A stretch of 64,000 nt of DNA, taken from NCBI GenBank assembly GCA_028534125.1, contig CM052817.1, forward strand, positions 12,092,001 through 12,156,000, read 5' to 3'. The notes beneath the pieces are model-generated. The model was not told where the DNA came from. It made no database searches and worked only from the letters and a program-made list of their open reading frames with translations. The translations under genes were made by a program, and so were the position numbers. Shown here in pieces: positions 12,925 to 24,560 of the stretch. The first letter of the stretch is position 1; each line of letters begins with the position of its first letter. This DNA is from Lama glama (lineage: Eukaryota).

Positions 12925-13190
12925 TGAGCAGTGCATCTTAATTTTAACATGCATGAGGAGTCACTTGGGGATCTTGTGAAATTGCAGATTCTGATTTTGT
13001 AGGTTTGCAATGGAATTCTACATTTCTAACAAGTACCCAACTTTGAGTAACAAGACTCTGAGAATTTCCTAAACTAAGAGCTTTTAAAATATGTGTATTC
13101 TCGGGCCCTACTCTCAGTGATTCTGAAACAATAAGAATGAAATCAGATGTCTATATATTTCAATATTTATATAGGTAATTCTGATAATAT
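12925..13190. mobile_element. MER5A/MER5B-like hAT fragments
   Basis: gtcacttggggatcttgtgaaattgcagattctgatt…catttctaacaag; ggccctactctcagtgattctga…ggtaattctgat. Confidence 0.65.
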
Positions 13191-13472
13191 ATGTTTTGTT
13201 TTTGTAACTGCCAAAATATATTCTAGTTATGAATGTTTTGATTAATTGGGGTCCAATCTATCTTTGAAGTCTATCCTGTGACTTGTTTTCTGTCTATGCT
13301 GCAACCCCATCAAATTACTTACAATTTTCTGAATATGCTGTCTCTTTAGGTGCTGTTTCCTTTACTTAAAAATGTAGATTTTATTCTATTTATTGAGGAA
13401 ATGACTATTTATCCTTAAAAATCTAGCTCTAGTATAACCCCCTCTAGGTAACCTTCTCTAGTGCCTAGCTTA

Positions 13473-13695
13473 CTAGTTCTCAAAAGTGATTTTTGTCTCC
13501 TTCTTCCCTTAGGGACAGTTGATAATATCTAGAGACATTTTTGGCTGTCAAAATGGGGAGAACAGGTGGGTTGTGACTGGTGTCTAGCAGGTAGAGCTCA
13601 GAGATGCTGCTCAACATTCTACAATACTGAGAACAGCCCCACAAGAAATAATTATCTAGTCCAAAATGTCAGTAGTACTGAGGTTGAGAAACCCT
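13473..13695 (+). mobile_element. MER20 hAT DNA transposon, near full length
   Basis: agagacatttttggctgtca…gatgctgctcaacattctacaat…aaaatgtcagtagtactgaggttgagaaaccctg. Confidence 0.9.
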
Positions 13696-14039
13696 GCTCT
13701 AGGCTGTTGGGCATCTCTCTTTTGTTTTCCTCTTGATTGTTCTACACTATTACTTATCACACTGAGTCTTGTCTATTTTTCTGTTTTCCCAGTAGTCTGT
13801 TTTGTTCTTGGGCAAGGGATTTTTCCCTTTCTTCTCTATTTCTTCACAACCAGTGGACTTGTGTGCATGTATGTATTAACATATATATTAATTACACAAA
13901 TATTGAATATAATAAATGAGTAAATATCTCCTTGACTATATAACTGAACCTAAAAATAAACTCATAGGCAGTGTTTTGTGGTGAGCAGATGGGCTAACCC
14001 AAGATCTAGATAGATTCATGGACTTTCACGGGGGGTGAG

Positions 14040-14330
14040 ATATTACTCCAGTCTGAAAAGCATAATATCGAGTCATCAATCACCAACTGTAGGGTCAACC
14101 TCCGGAGGGAAAAAAAATCCTACATTTATCGCTTGCCAATTGGGAGGAATACAATTGACTGAAACCAGCTGGTTTTGGACCATCTCAAAGGCTGTGATCC
14201 ATTTAATCAGTTTGGAATGCATCCATGGCTTTGAAGGTGGATCAGGAAGGATGGCAAGCATGGACAAAATCAGCAAAGACCAGCGATCTCCTCATTTAAA
14301 ATGTTTGATGTAAGAGACACAATGATTAAA
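14040..14330 (+). mobile_element. Possible ancient CR1/L3-clade ORF2 C-terminal relic
   Basis: Translation FWTISKAVIHLISLECIH…RMASMDKISKDQRSPHL loosely resembles CR1 FWAP…LERVQRRATRMVKGLE.LSYEERL..L. Confidence 0.35.
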
Positions 14331-14999
14331 CAAGAAAAACTATGTAAGTAGGGTCAGGGGTAAGGGTAGGAAGATGGGTCATTCTTTATGATTTTGAAAA
14401 CTGACAAAATGTGTTTAGTTTGGAAAGATCTGAAAAACCTCACATAACTCAGCCTGTACTCCATTTCATCAACAGTGTGGGGAAATAATGAAATCTGCAG
14501 TTCCTGCTTTCTATCTGTCATCCAAGTCATTCCAGGGACAGTAATCCTGGGTAGTGTCTTTCAGTTGGAGCCATTTCCCTGGAGAGATGGAGTTATTAAT
14601 AGGACATTGCAAGCTACTATACTTTTCCCTACCTGTTTTTGATTTTCTTTCTTTCTAATGCAATTTCACTGATCTCTTGGAAACAAGACAAACAGGGGAT
14701 GTTCTTCATTGCTCACGCTTTCCAGGTTTGTGCTCCCCAGATTAAAATGCTGTACCATGTGCAAAATTCAGGGCTAGAAGATTGGAAATAATCTCTTACA
14801 TTTTTTATTTGTATGTGATACTCCTGAAGATCAAATATTACATTTACATTATTTTATCCTCACCTTTACCAAACGTATTCACTTGCCTGTCTCTATTTTC
14901 AAAACTGGTAATTCTTCCATAATTTTCATTTCAAGCATCTTTTTTCTTCTTATGCCTCTGGTTTATTCCCGTTAATACCCAAATTTAATATTTCTTGAA

Positions 15000-16675
15000 G
15001 CCCACTAAGAATTAAAATCGACTGATACTTCATTTTAATGCCACTTTTCCCCTCATGACCTCACTTAATCAGCATTGATTCCAAGGTCCATCACTCATCC
15101 CTTTTATCCCCTCTCAGCCCCTCTACCATTCTTTCCCTGTATTATATTTGCCTGGCTGAACACACACCCTGGTTAATTCCAGCTCTCTTTTTCTTATATC
15201 CATGTACCTGAACAGCTGAAATTGTCTGCAGAGAATTTTCCTTCTCATTCCCACCCCCAAATACACACACCCATGTTTGCTAGTCTCCCTTCTAATTTAT
15301 GACTATAACCTTGTGACTCAACACTGCTTCAAAATCCAGCTCAACTCTCTAAACCAGAGGTTGGCAAATATTTTCTGTAAAGGGCCAAATAGAAAGTATT
15401 TTAAGCTTTGGGGGCCATACGGTTTCTGTCACAATTTGGCCATCATAGCGGGAAAGCAGCCACAGACAGTACGTAAATGAATGGGCATGGCTGTCTTCCA
15501 ACTAAAGTATTTACAAAAACAAACAGTGGTCTGGATTTGGCTATAGTTTGATGACCTTGTTCCAGACCGTTCAATCTCCCACTATCTTAGATGACTATTT
15601 TATGTCTTCTCTCGTCCTCACACTTTCTACAGTTACTCCCTACCCCATGCCAATTCTTTGCTCTTAACCTTGCTCTGTTTGATTAAAACATAAAAGAAAG
15701 CAGAAAGGGAGAATCACATCTTCAGTGGATGTGAGTTCATTTACTCTGCATTCCCTCCTATCATTAGGGATGAAATATCCACATTTCTCTTTGAAGCCAG
15801 CCCCACTCCTTCTGCACTGGATCCCATCTTATCTCCTGTACTTAAGGGAAAGTTCCAGCAATCCTCTCTTCTCTTTCCTGTACTGTTAACTTTCCCCTCT
15901 TTGCTGGATTATTCATATCAGCATATAAATGTGTTGTAATACCTGCCATCTTAAAAGAGAAGGAAGGAAAGAAAGGAAAGGAGGAAGGAAGGAAGGAAAA
16001 AGAAATAAGAAAAGCCTATTCTTGACCTCATATTCTTCTTCAGCTACAGCTCCATTTCTCTGCTCCCTTTACAGCAAACCTCAGAGTTATTTATACTCAT
16101 TACCCCTCTTTCCTCTCCTTCTGCCCTTTCTTGAATCCACTCCCATCAGATTTTATCCCCACCATTCCACTACAGCAACTCATTAGAATTGATGTACCCC
16201 AGGAACTTTAACATTGTCAACTCCAACAATCATTTTAGTCCATGGCTCAGCAACATTTAAGACAATTGATAATAGTGTCCTCTTGGTCATATGGCCTTCG
16301 TGTGGCTCCTAGGATCCATTCTCTCTTATTGCCTCCTATATCTCTGTCTGCTTCTTCTCTGGCTCACAATTTCATGGTCTGCAGGTAAAATTTCACCTTT
16401 CTAGAGAACTTCTTTGACCACCCTATGAAAAATTGTAACCCCCCCACAGTGTTCCCTATCCTCATTTTCTACTTTATTTCCCCCATAGAACTTGGCACCA
16501 TAAAACTCATTATATATATTTATACATGTTTAGGTTTATTGTCTTTGATAGTGTCCCATCACTAGAACGTAACCTCCATATACGGATATTATTCTGTTCA
16601 CAGCTGTATTCCTAATACAGACTTCTGGCATGTAGTAGACACTCAGTAAAAAGTTGCTGAATAAGTGGATGAATC
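15000..16675 (+). mobile_element. L2 (L2a-like), interrupted by MER58A and (GGAA)n
   Basis: tgcactggatcccatc, cagcatataaat, tctgctccctttacagcaaac, ctcagcaacatttaagaca; 3' end ctggcatgtagtagacactcagtaaa…gttgctgaat. Confidence 0.8.
15355..15559. mobile_element. MER58A hAT-Charlie element
   Basis: cagaggttggcaaatattttctgtaaagggcca…aatgggcatggctgt…tagtttgatgaccttg; degenerate TSD ctctaaac/ttccagac. Confidence 0.9.
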
Positions 16676-17149
16676 TTTTAAATTCTTCCTGCACACGCAA
16701 TCATGTGAGAAGCTCTAAGTCTCCTATTGAGTATGTTATCCCCTTTTTATTCCTGCAAAGAAGCTTAATGTTCAAAGTGGCTAAGTGATCACATCTTAGG
16801 TGAGAAGCAAGTGCCCAAAGAAAGATACATTTCACCACATTTTTTTGAGAGATGGCCATCCAACCGCTGTTTAACACCTCAAGTATGACAGCCTGGCAGA
16901 AGCCCACCCCATCCTACTGCTGAGGAGCTCCATCTGTTAGAAGGTTCCAAGTTAGTGTTCTCTCCTTATTCCCCCAGCTTGACCTGATCAAGAATTCTAT
17001 ATTTCTGCCACAATCATTCAAACCCACCTTCAGAATACATACCTGAATTTTCACAAGGTATTTCTGCTGCCTTTATTTACCGTGACTACAGTATAAACTG
17101 TTTCTTTTATTTAGTCTATTTTTTGCTTTTTTTGTCCATTTGTTTTCTT

Positions 17150-17350
17150 TTTCAAATTTTTTAAAAATTAAAGTACAGTCAATTTACAATGTTGTGTTAA
17201 TTTCTGGTGTACAGCACAATAGTTCAGTCATACATATATATATATATACATATATTCATTTTGATATTCTTTTTCATTATAGGTTACTATAAGATATTGA
17301 ATATAGTTCCCTATGCTTTACCGTATAGACTTGTTATTCATCTATTTTAA
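17150..17350 (-). mobile_element. Lineage-specific (camelid-type) L1 3' end
   Basis: aagtacagtcaatttacaatgttgtgttaatttctggtgtacagc…aagatattgaatatagttcccta; reverse complement of 58970-59135. Confidence 0.9.
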
Positions 17351-17549
17351 TATCTAATAGATGTTACCATCTTGTTGTAACATTCACCACTTTCCTCAAG
17401 TTGTTAATTGTTTTCTGTGTTCCCATGTCGCTGTGTGATCCACATCACAGTGTTCAGCACTGCATTTTCTGTCGGCCTAATGGCAGGGGCATGTCTTATT
17501 TATCTTATCTCCTTTCAAGTCCATAACAAAGAAAAAATTAACTTCTATA

Positions 17550-17685
17550 GAGTTAAGCATTATATTTGGCATTTTACTTAAATGATTTTATTTAATCTTC
17601 ACAATGCTATGAGGTAAATACAAGTCATACCCATTTTATGGATAAAGAGAATGAGGATATAATAACATCCCCATGGGAACTGAAG
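17550..17685 (-). mobile_element. MIR (left part; continues at ~18630-18700 after the L1 insertion)
   Basis: tttaatcttcacaatgctatgaggta…cccattttatggataaagagaatgagg. Confidence 0.65.
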
Positions 17686-17689
17686 CATT

Positions 17690-18620
17690 TATATTTTATT
17701 AATTTTTGAAGCTTTGCTGAGGAATAGTTGACAAAGGAAACTGTATATAAAGTGTACAACATGATTTGATATACATATACATTGTAGAATGATTACAACA
17801 GTAAGATAGTTAACAAAGCCATCGCCTCACATTATTGGCATAGTTAACTTTTTATTTTTTGTGGTGAGAATGCTTAAGATCTACTCTTAGCAACTTTCAA
17901 GCCTGTAATATTGTATTATTAACTATAGTCACCAAGTTGTACGTCAGATCCTTGGAACTTAAGATTGAAAGCTTGTACCTTTTGCCTTACATCACCCCCA
18001 GGCCCTGGTAACCACCATTCTATTGTTTCTATGGATACCATACCACACTTGTCTGTCTTTGGCTTATTTTACTTAGCATAATGCCTTCTAGATTTGTCCA
18101 TGTTGTCACAAATGGCAGGATTTCCTTTTTTTAAAGATTGGATAATATCCCATTTTGTGTGTGTGTGTATGTGTATCAGAATAGACATTTTTCTAAAGAA
18201 GCTATACAAATGGCCAATAGGTATATGAAAAAGTGCTCAACATCAGTAATACTCAGGGAAATGCAAATTGAAACCATGAGATATCACTTCATACCTGTTA
18301 GAATGACTATCATCAAAAATATAAGAGATAACAACAGTTGGCAAAGATGTAGAGAAAGGGGAACCCTCTTCATTGTCAATGGGAATGCAAACTGGTAGAG
18401 CCATCATGGAAGACAGTATGGCGGTTTCTCAAAAAATCAACAATAGAGCTACTGTATGATCCAGCAATCCCACTTCTGAGCATGTATCACAAGGAAATAA
18501 AATCAGTGTCCTGAAGAGATAGCTACACACCCATCTTCATTACAGCATTATTCACAGTAGAAGATATGGAAACAACCTAAATGTCCTTTAGTAGATACAT
18601 AGATATAGAAAATGCAGCAA
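17690..18620 (-). mobile_element. L1MA-like element with 5' inversion
   Basis: Antisense 3' UTR at 17690-18175, then sense ORF2 C-terminus at 18176-18615 ([22 protein letters not shown]…). Confidence 0.9.
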
Positions 18621-19019
18621 ATGAAGCTTTTAAACATCAGAGCATGGTTCACCCACACCCAAGTCTGTTGACTCTGATGACTGTGCTCTTAACTCCTATG
18701 TTGTACTCACAGTAATTTTGAATGAAGGAAGGAAAAAATAAATTAAACAGAAGAGTGAATGAAATATCATATCCATCTTTCATCATTTAACCTAGCCTGA
18801 CCATTTCAGAAACAGAATAATTATATTCGTTCTGTAAATAATGACCTGTCAATCTCTGAAAAGGGCATCTGTAATCCTACCAAATCTCTTCTGAGAAATT
18901 ATCTCACTGTCTTGGCCACTGCTGGGCTCCATGACTTCCAACTGGTTAGTGTTTCCAGATCTCTGGGTGTCCAAAGTGGCCTCTGTGACCTTAGGTGCAT
19001 GGTCTATTATGGGTCTGAG

Positions 19020-19250
19020 GTTGCAGTGTGCAGTACAGTGGCAAGAATCTGGGTAACTTTGAGTGATTCTGGCTCCAGCACCCATTCTCTACTTTTCACT
19101 TAGTGACTTAACTTCCACATAAATCAGTTTTTTCATCTGTAAAATGGGGTTAATAATGTCCCTTGGAGTTTGTTAAGACTAATAAACTAGTTAAATTGAG
19201 TAAAATACTTAAGAAAGTGCCTGGTGCATAGTAAACTCTAACGAATTCTA
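19020..19250 (+). mobile_element. MIR
   Basis: agtgacttaac…tcatctgtaaaatggggttaataat…aaagtgcctggtgcatagtaa. Confidence 0.8.
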
Positions 19251-21107
19251 AATAAAACTGATTTCTCTCTGCCTCTCTTGCAACTGACTTTAGCAACGCA
19301 GCAAAAGTGTCACAGCGCTACGTGATGGGTGATTTTACCCTTTCCTCGGAAAGAGTGCTGAGAAACAATTTAGGCTTTGCCTCCTGAGGGCTGGCAATTC
19401 CTCCTGACTGATTTGACCTGTCAATTCAGAGAAGAAAAAGGAAAAAAAAAAACCTACCAAACACCTAATCAGTTCAGTTAAACATCAATTTGGCTGATTA
19501 TTTTATGTTGAGCTGACTGGCAGTCTGCCTGAGGAGATCAAAATGGCTTGTTTTGGCATCCCTTGGCACAGGCTGAGAGCTGACAAATGATTTTTGAATT
19601 TAGGGAAATAGAGTCTGTGATGATTGTCCAAGGCAAAGACTGTGCCCAAGGTCATGACTCCAGGACATGAAGAGGAAATTAACAGGCTAGTTAGACTCCT
19701 ATTGGTGGCCAAACTTTATCACTCATGGATTTGGAGGCCTGAATTGATACTGCTTTCTGCATTTTGGCCAGGTGTGCCAGATCTAGGTTTGCCTGGCTGC
19801 TGCATAGCCGTGTGGACCTGAGGGATGTGATTGCTGTTCTGTCTGTACCAGTGGAAAGGCTTCCCATCTGAACTTAGCCACCTCTACACTCTTCGATTCT
19901 CCTACCCAGTGTGCATGCTACGAGCTCAGGTAATGTCTTCTGAACGAATGCCGAATGGGCTCCATAATCAATGTACGTGAAACTGGACCAAGGCCCAGAG
20001 GTTAGACAGGATTCATTTGAGAGGCTTGGGTGACCCAGAAACAAGACTCAATTTTTTTTTTTTTGGAGTGTGAGGACAGTATATTTAAGAAGATCAGAGT
20101 TTCTTTTCTTTAGAGTTCTTCTTAGAACAAATGGCATTACCAACAACTAGAGTCCCTCACAGGGACATTTGGCAATTTCTATCTGAGAAATGCTTGAGAG
20201 GCCAGGCAGGTGCCCCCTGAAAAGACATACTGAAGTATGTGGCTATGTTTAATGATATTTTGGACTCAAATCACTAAAACTAACTGCTATTAGGTGTTAA
20301 ATGTTGACCAGCCAGTTCATCTGTGGATGGAACTTTCCAAACCTGAGAGGGCTCCATCTTTCTTCCCCAAAGTCCAACCGATGCTACTGCCCTCCTACCC
20401 ACCTCGTAGGCTTTGTAGCTGCTGTGTCCCGTGACGAGAGGTGGAACTTCAGCAGCAGAACGTACAGAAGCTTGCTTCATCCATCTCTTTAACCTTCTCT
20501 CATCCCAATGCCTTTCTTTGAGCAAGTTCTTTCTGTGTCTTCTCTTTCAATTGATGTAGAAATACCTACAAACTCTCTACTCAAGGCTTGGTCCCATGAA
20601 CAGTAGCATGGGTGTCACCTGGACGCCTGATTTTCCAGGACTCAGGCTTTCTACACTAGTACATGACATGGCGATGAGGTCATTCCTTTCTAGTTGTCTT
20701 TCGATCCTCCTGCTTAGAGAGAGGAAGTTCTAAGCTAGATGTTCTAATACTTCTTCAATACTTTTACCTTTCTCTTTCCACAAAGGAAGTGCAGACTCAG
20801 CAACGTGTGGCAACCAAAAGTATCTGGCTATAATTTGTCAGTATTGCTTACTTTTCATTGTATTTTTATGTGTATTCTCTCCTTGTTGCATACTGAGCTG
20901 CTTTTTCTCCAGTGCAGTTGGTATAAAGCTTAATCCATGAGCCAATTTATTTCTGTTAAAGTTGTGAGTTGGATTCCTATGGAAATTTTAAGTAAATAAC
21001 AGTAACTATGATGCACGGATAGGAGAAAATGTGTGTGGAAGATATTTAAATGATTGTAGTTGAGCAAGCATTGATTTTGAGGTCAGAAATTAAAGCGTGA
21101 CTTACAG

Positions 21108-21285
21108 CAGTGCTTCCTAAACTTTAATATACAGTTTAACCAATGGAATATCTAGTTAAAATAAAGATCCTGACTCAAGAGACCTGGAATGGGCTATAAG
21201 ACCTGAGATTCTGTGCTTCCAGCAAGTTCCAGGATGGTGCTGGGTGCCAATCCCACTGTTACTGTGGACACTTTGTAAAGCAAGG
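21108..21285. mobile_element. MER5A
   Basis: cagtgcttcctaaactttaa…cctgagattctgtgcttccagcaagttcca…cactttgtaaagcaagg. Confidence 0.75.
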
Positions 21286-21509
21286 ATCTAAGGGAAGAGA
21301 ACCCTAAAGGCTTTCTGTTGTGTGCACACCTCTGCAGCTCTTCCTGATCCAATCATACTCACCAGGGGCTCACACTGTGCCCTGAGGTCAACACTGGTAA
21401 TAGTAGTCCAGGTGTTACCTGCCCATGTTCTCTGTATCTGTGGTTCCTAAAATTTCGCATTTTTCAGAGTCACCTGGAGTGTCTGTTAAACCACAAATTG
21501 CTGGGCAGC

Positions 21510-21900
21510 GATGATGGTGAGAAGTCATCAGATGCTGGTCATATTCTGGAGATAGTGTTGTTAGGATTTGCTGAGAGATTGCTGAGCAGTGGGAAAGAAA
21601 GAGGAATCAGAGATGACTCTCAGGCCTAAATGAGTGAGCAAGTAGACAAGGGTGCCATTTATGGGAATGGGGAAGCTCTAAAGAAGCAGGTTCGGGGAAA
21701 CTAATCCATATTTTTGTTTAGCCATACAACATGTGGAATGTTTATCAGATGTGTAAGAATAGATACTGAGATAGTGTGGAGTCTGGAGTTCAAGGAGTAG
21801 ATCAGAGCTTGATTCACATTTGGGAACCATGAGCATCTGGGTGCTACGTAATGCCTTGTACCTGGAAGAGAGCTCGTACAATGAGTATAGATGGAAAAGG
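21510..21900 (-). mobile_element. L2 fragment
   Basis: aggatttgctga…gaggaatcagagatgactc…gtctggagttcaaggag…atttgggaacc. Confidence 0.75.
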
Positions 21901-23219
21901 GATTGCCTCTCAGGGAGTTGCTTTGCACAGAGTGTGGAGAAGTGAATGCTGCAGGTTGAACTGGAAGGGGGATTTTGTACTCTCTAAGATAGCACCTGAG
22001 GATGTGGCAGCACCTGGGAAGGACTGGCCAAGAGGGGCACCAGGGAGAGAGGATCCTTTGTCCTGGATTTACAACTCAGTCAAAGATTCCTGTGCCAGAC
22101 ACGGCAGAGGAACCAAACAGATGGAATCATTCAAGGAGGGACAGTGGGCATCTGAACTGTAAGGAGTGAGGGCATCACCAAAGATGCCCAACTGATACCT
22201 CAGCATTGACTAGATCCCTGTTCTCAGCACAACATCAAGTTGCCCTTCAGGTGCCCTTGACACCTCAAGTATGTGCAAGAATAGCATAAATTGTCATGAG
22301 ATAGACAAGGAATAAGGCAATTAATCAAAACTAAATTAATCTAATGAAAATGATAATATATTTGTTGCACGTGCCTGAGATTTGCATCCACTACATCCTG
22401 ATTCTAATCACTAGTGGTGTAAATGCAGTTTCCTAAATAATAGAGGATTTTTTTTCCTAATCATTTCCCCCATTCCCAGAAAATGCTTGCATTTGTCTAA
22501 TATACTAGTTTTGGAAGATGATCTTGAAAAAAATATTTTTTGCATAGTGATGAGCTAAGGAAACGTATCTTTCTGCCTGGAGTCAGGAACCTGACACAGT
22601 TAACACAGTGAAATTTGCTGTGCATTTAATCAGAGGTAGTTAATTTGATTTTCTGAAATTAAGCAGAGCATCAGTTTGTCATTAGGTCTGAGAATTACTG
22701 TGTTTCAGAAGTCACTCTGCATACCCCAAAAGGGCTTTATTGGATGTGAATAATAACAACCTACAAATATATTGATGATAATGAGCATCTAAATGTTCTG
22801 TAAGGAGAAAAAGAAAAAAAAAATCCCTGACAAGCATGAATGGTAATTCATGATGGCCAGAATTTTTAAAATTGATGATCATTACAACATGAAAAAATAA
22901 TTATGAATAATAAAAATCTGTTACAATAATTAGCTGTAATGAATGCTCTTGGTGAGCCAAATGAACTGGTACAATTTAAGGCAATATCACATAATTTGCA
23001 TTTTGTGTTATGTCAGATCATTCTATCATTAGTGAGAAAGGAGAAGTCCAAAGAAAGATAAAGAGACAATGGAGACAGAAAGGGGACTGATGAAGAGAAA
23101 GTAAAATAAACTGTTCAGCTTCCTCTATTCCTGTCTTCTCCAAAAAAGTGAAAACTGCTGCGTATTGCATTTTTTTATACTTTACTTTTTACATCCATTC
23201 CAAATTCTTCTTTGAGGGT

Positions 23220-23420
23220 GTCAGTAGTATGAGATAGTAAAAGATAATCAGTTTAGCAGACATTTGAATCTAACAGAATTGAGTTTGAACCTCTACCTGG
23301 CTTTGCATACATTATGTAACTTAGGCAACTTCCTTAGCCGACCCAGATCTCAGCTACACTCGTAAAATAGAGCAATAATAGATAATGCCTAAAATTGTGG
23401 TGAGGAGTGAATATGTCACT
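23220..23420 (+). mobile_element. MIR
   Basis: gagtttgaacc…tgtaacttaggcaacttccttagcc…gtaaaatagagcaataata. Confidence 0.6.
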
Positions 23421-23439
23421 GTAACAACTACCTCTCAGT

Positions 23440-23670
23440 CAGTGCTCATCACACACCTGGCATTCTCCTAGGTACCTTCGCACGAACTACGTCATTCAGT
23501 CCTCCTGACCACCCCAACCAAGAAGGGCTGCAGTGATCTCTTTTGCAGATGAGAAAACAAGACCTAAAATGATGGAATACAAATAACAAGTGACGGAGTG
23601 GGATTGGGTACCCAGGTGGGCACCAGGGTGCTTAGGCTCCAGAGTTCGCATCTTCCACTGCTCCTCTAAG
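23440..23670 (-). mobile_element. MIR
   Basis: tcattcagtcctc…ttttgcagatgagaaaacaagacc…gtgacggagtgggatt…gctccagag. Confidence 0.65.
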
Positions 23671-23679
23671 CAGCTCTGC

Positions 23680-24560
23680 TGGCCGGTAGCAGCACGGTGC
23701 CGGGGGCGCAGCTCAGCAAAGGTCAGGTATCTCTGTTTTTCATATCACCGTTGTGTGAGCAAAAAAGAGTGTGCATTTGCATTTGTGAGTGGGCTTTACT
23801 GTAATTAATTTAACTCTACAGCCTGAAGGGCAACACTTGGGGTTGGCTTTGAAATTCTCCTCGAGTAACTGGTCCTATCCAGTAGGAGCCCTGCATTGTG
23901 AGACCACAAGGTTACTGCAAAGTGACTTTCTCAGTTGGAGGGTGATGCGCAGCTTCCTGACATCCGACAGGATGGAAGCACCTTCGCTCACCAGCACGTC
24001 ACCCAGAGCACTTAGGGTAATCCCCCCTCCACTGACCCCAGCAGGGACGTCTCTGTGACTCAGCTGAGTGACGCTTCTCTGGTGCCTGGATTCGGGGGCT
24101 CAGTATGGTAGTGAGGAGTGGAGGGAGGTTAGTTCTGTGTGCCTGGAGCAGGAAGACAGGAGACTTAATTGCCCAAGTCCCGTTTTCTCTGCTTGGGCAG
24201 TATTTGCAAATGAAGTTAAACAGACACTCCCAATTTGTGTCTACTTAGTTAATTTTGGAAGAGGTGCTCATTACATCACTTCAGTTATTAAATGCGAGCA
24301 TTAAAAATAGAGCCCATTTCATAATTTGATTTTGTAATTTCTTTATTTTATAGTACATCAGGAGCCTTGTCAAATGGGAAGGCTTGTCAAATTGGCTTTC
24401 CACATCCGGTGAGAAAGCTGGCATGGTTGACACTGAGTTAAATGTGTACAAACTGTCAGGATGCAGGTGGACTAACCCTCTCCGTTGTACTGAGACAGGT
24501 AATAAACACAAAACCAAAAGGTAGAGTAAGTAAACGTTAAGTGGGATTTCTCAGCCTGTA
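23680..24560. promoter_or_regulatory. Putative enhancer/promoter (CpG-richer, motif-dense, no recognisable repeat)
   Basis: Local CpG retention; AAAGGTCA at 23718; ATTTGCAT at 23775; cacgtcac at ~23995; GTGACTCAGC at 24055. Function is inferred only. Confidence 0.4.

Noticed and set aside
24423..24437. MVDTE, identical to the PPAR-alpha/PPAR-gamma1 N-terminus
   Set aside because: Only five residues match; the downstream sequence is unrelated to PPARs.
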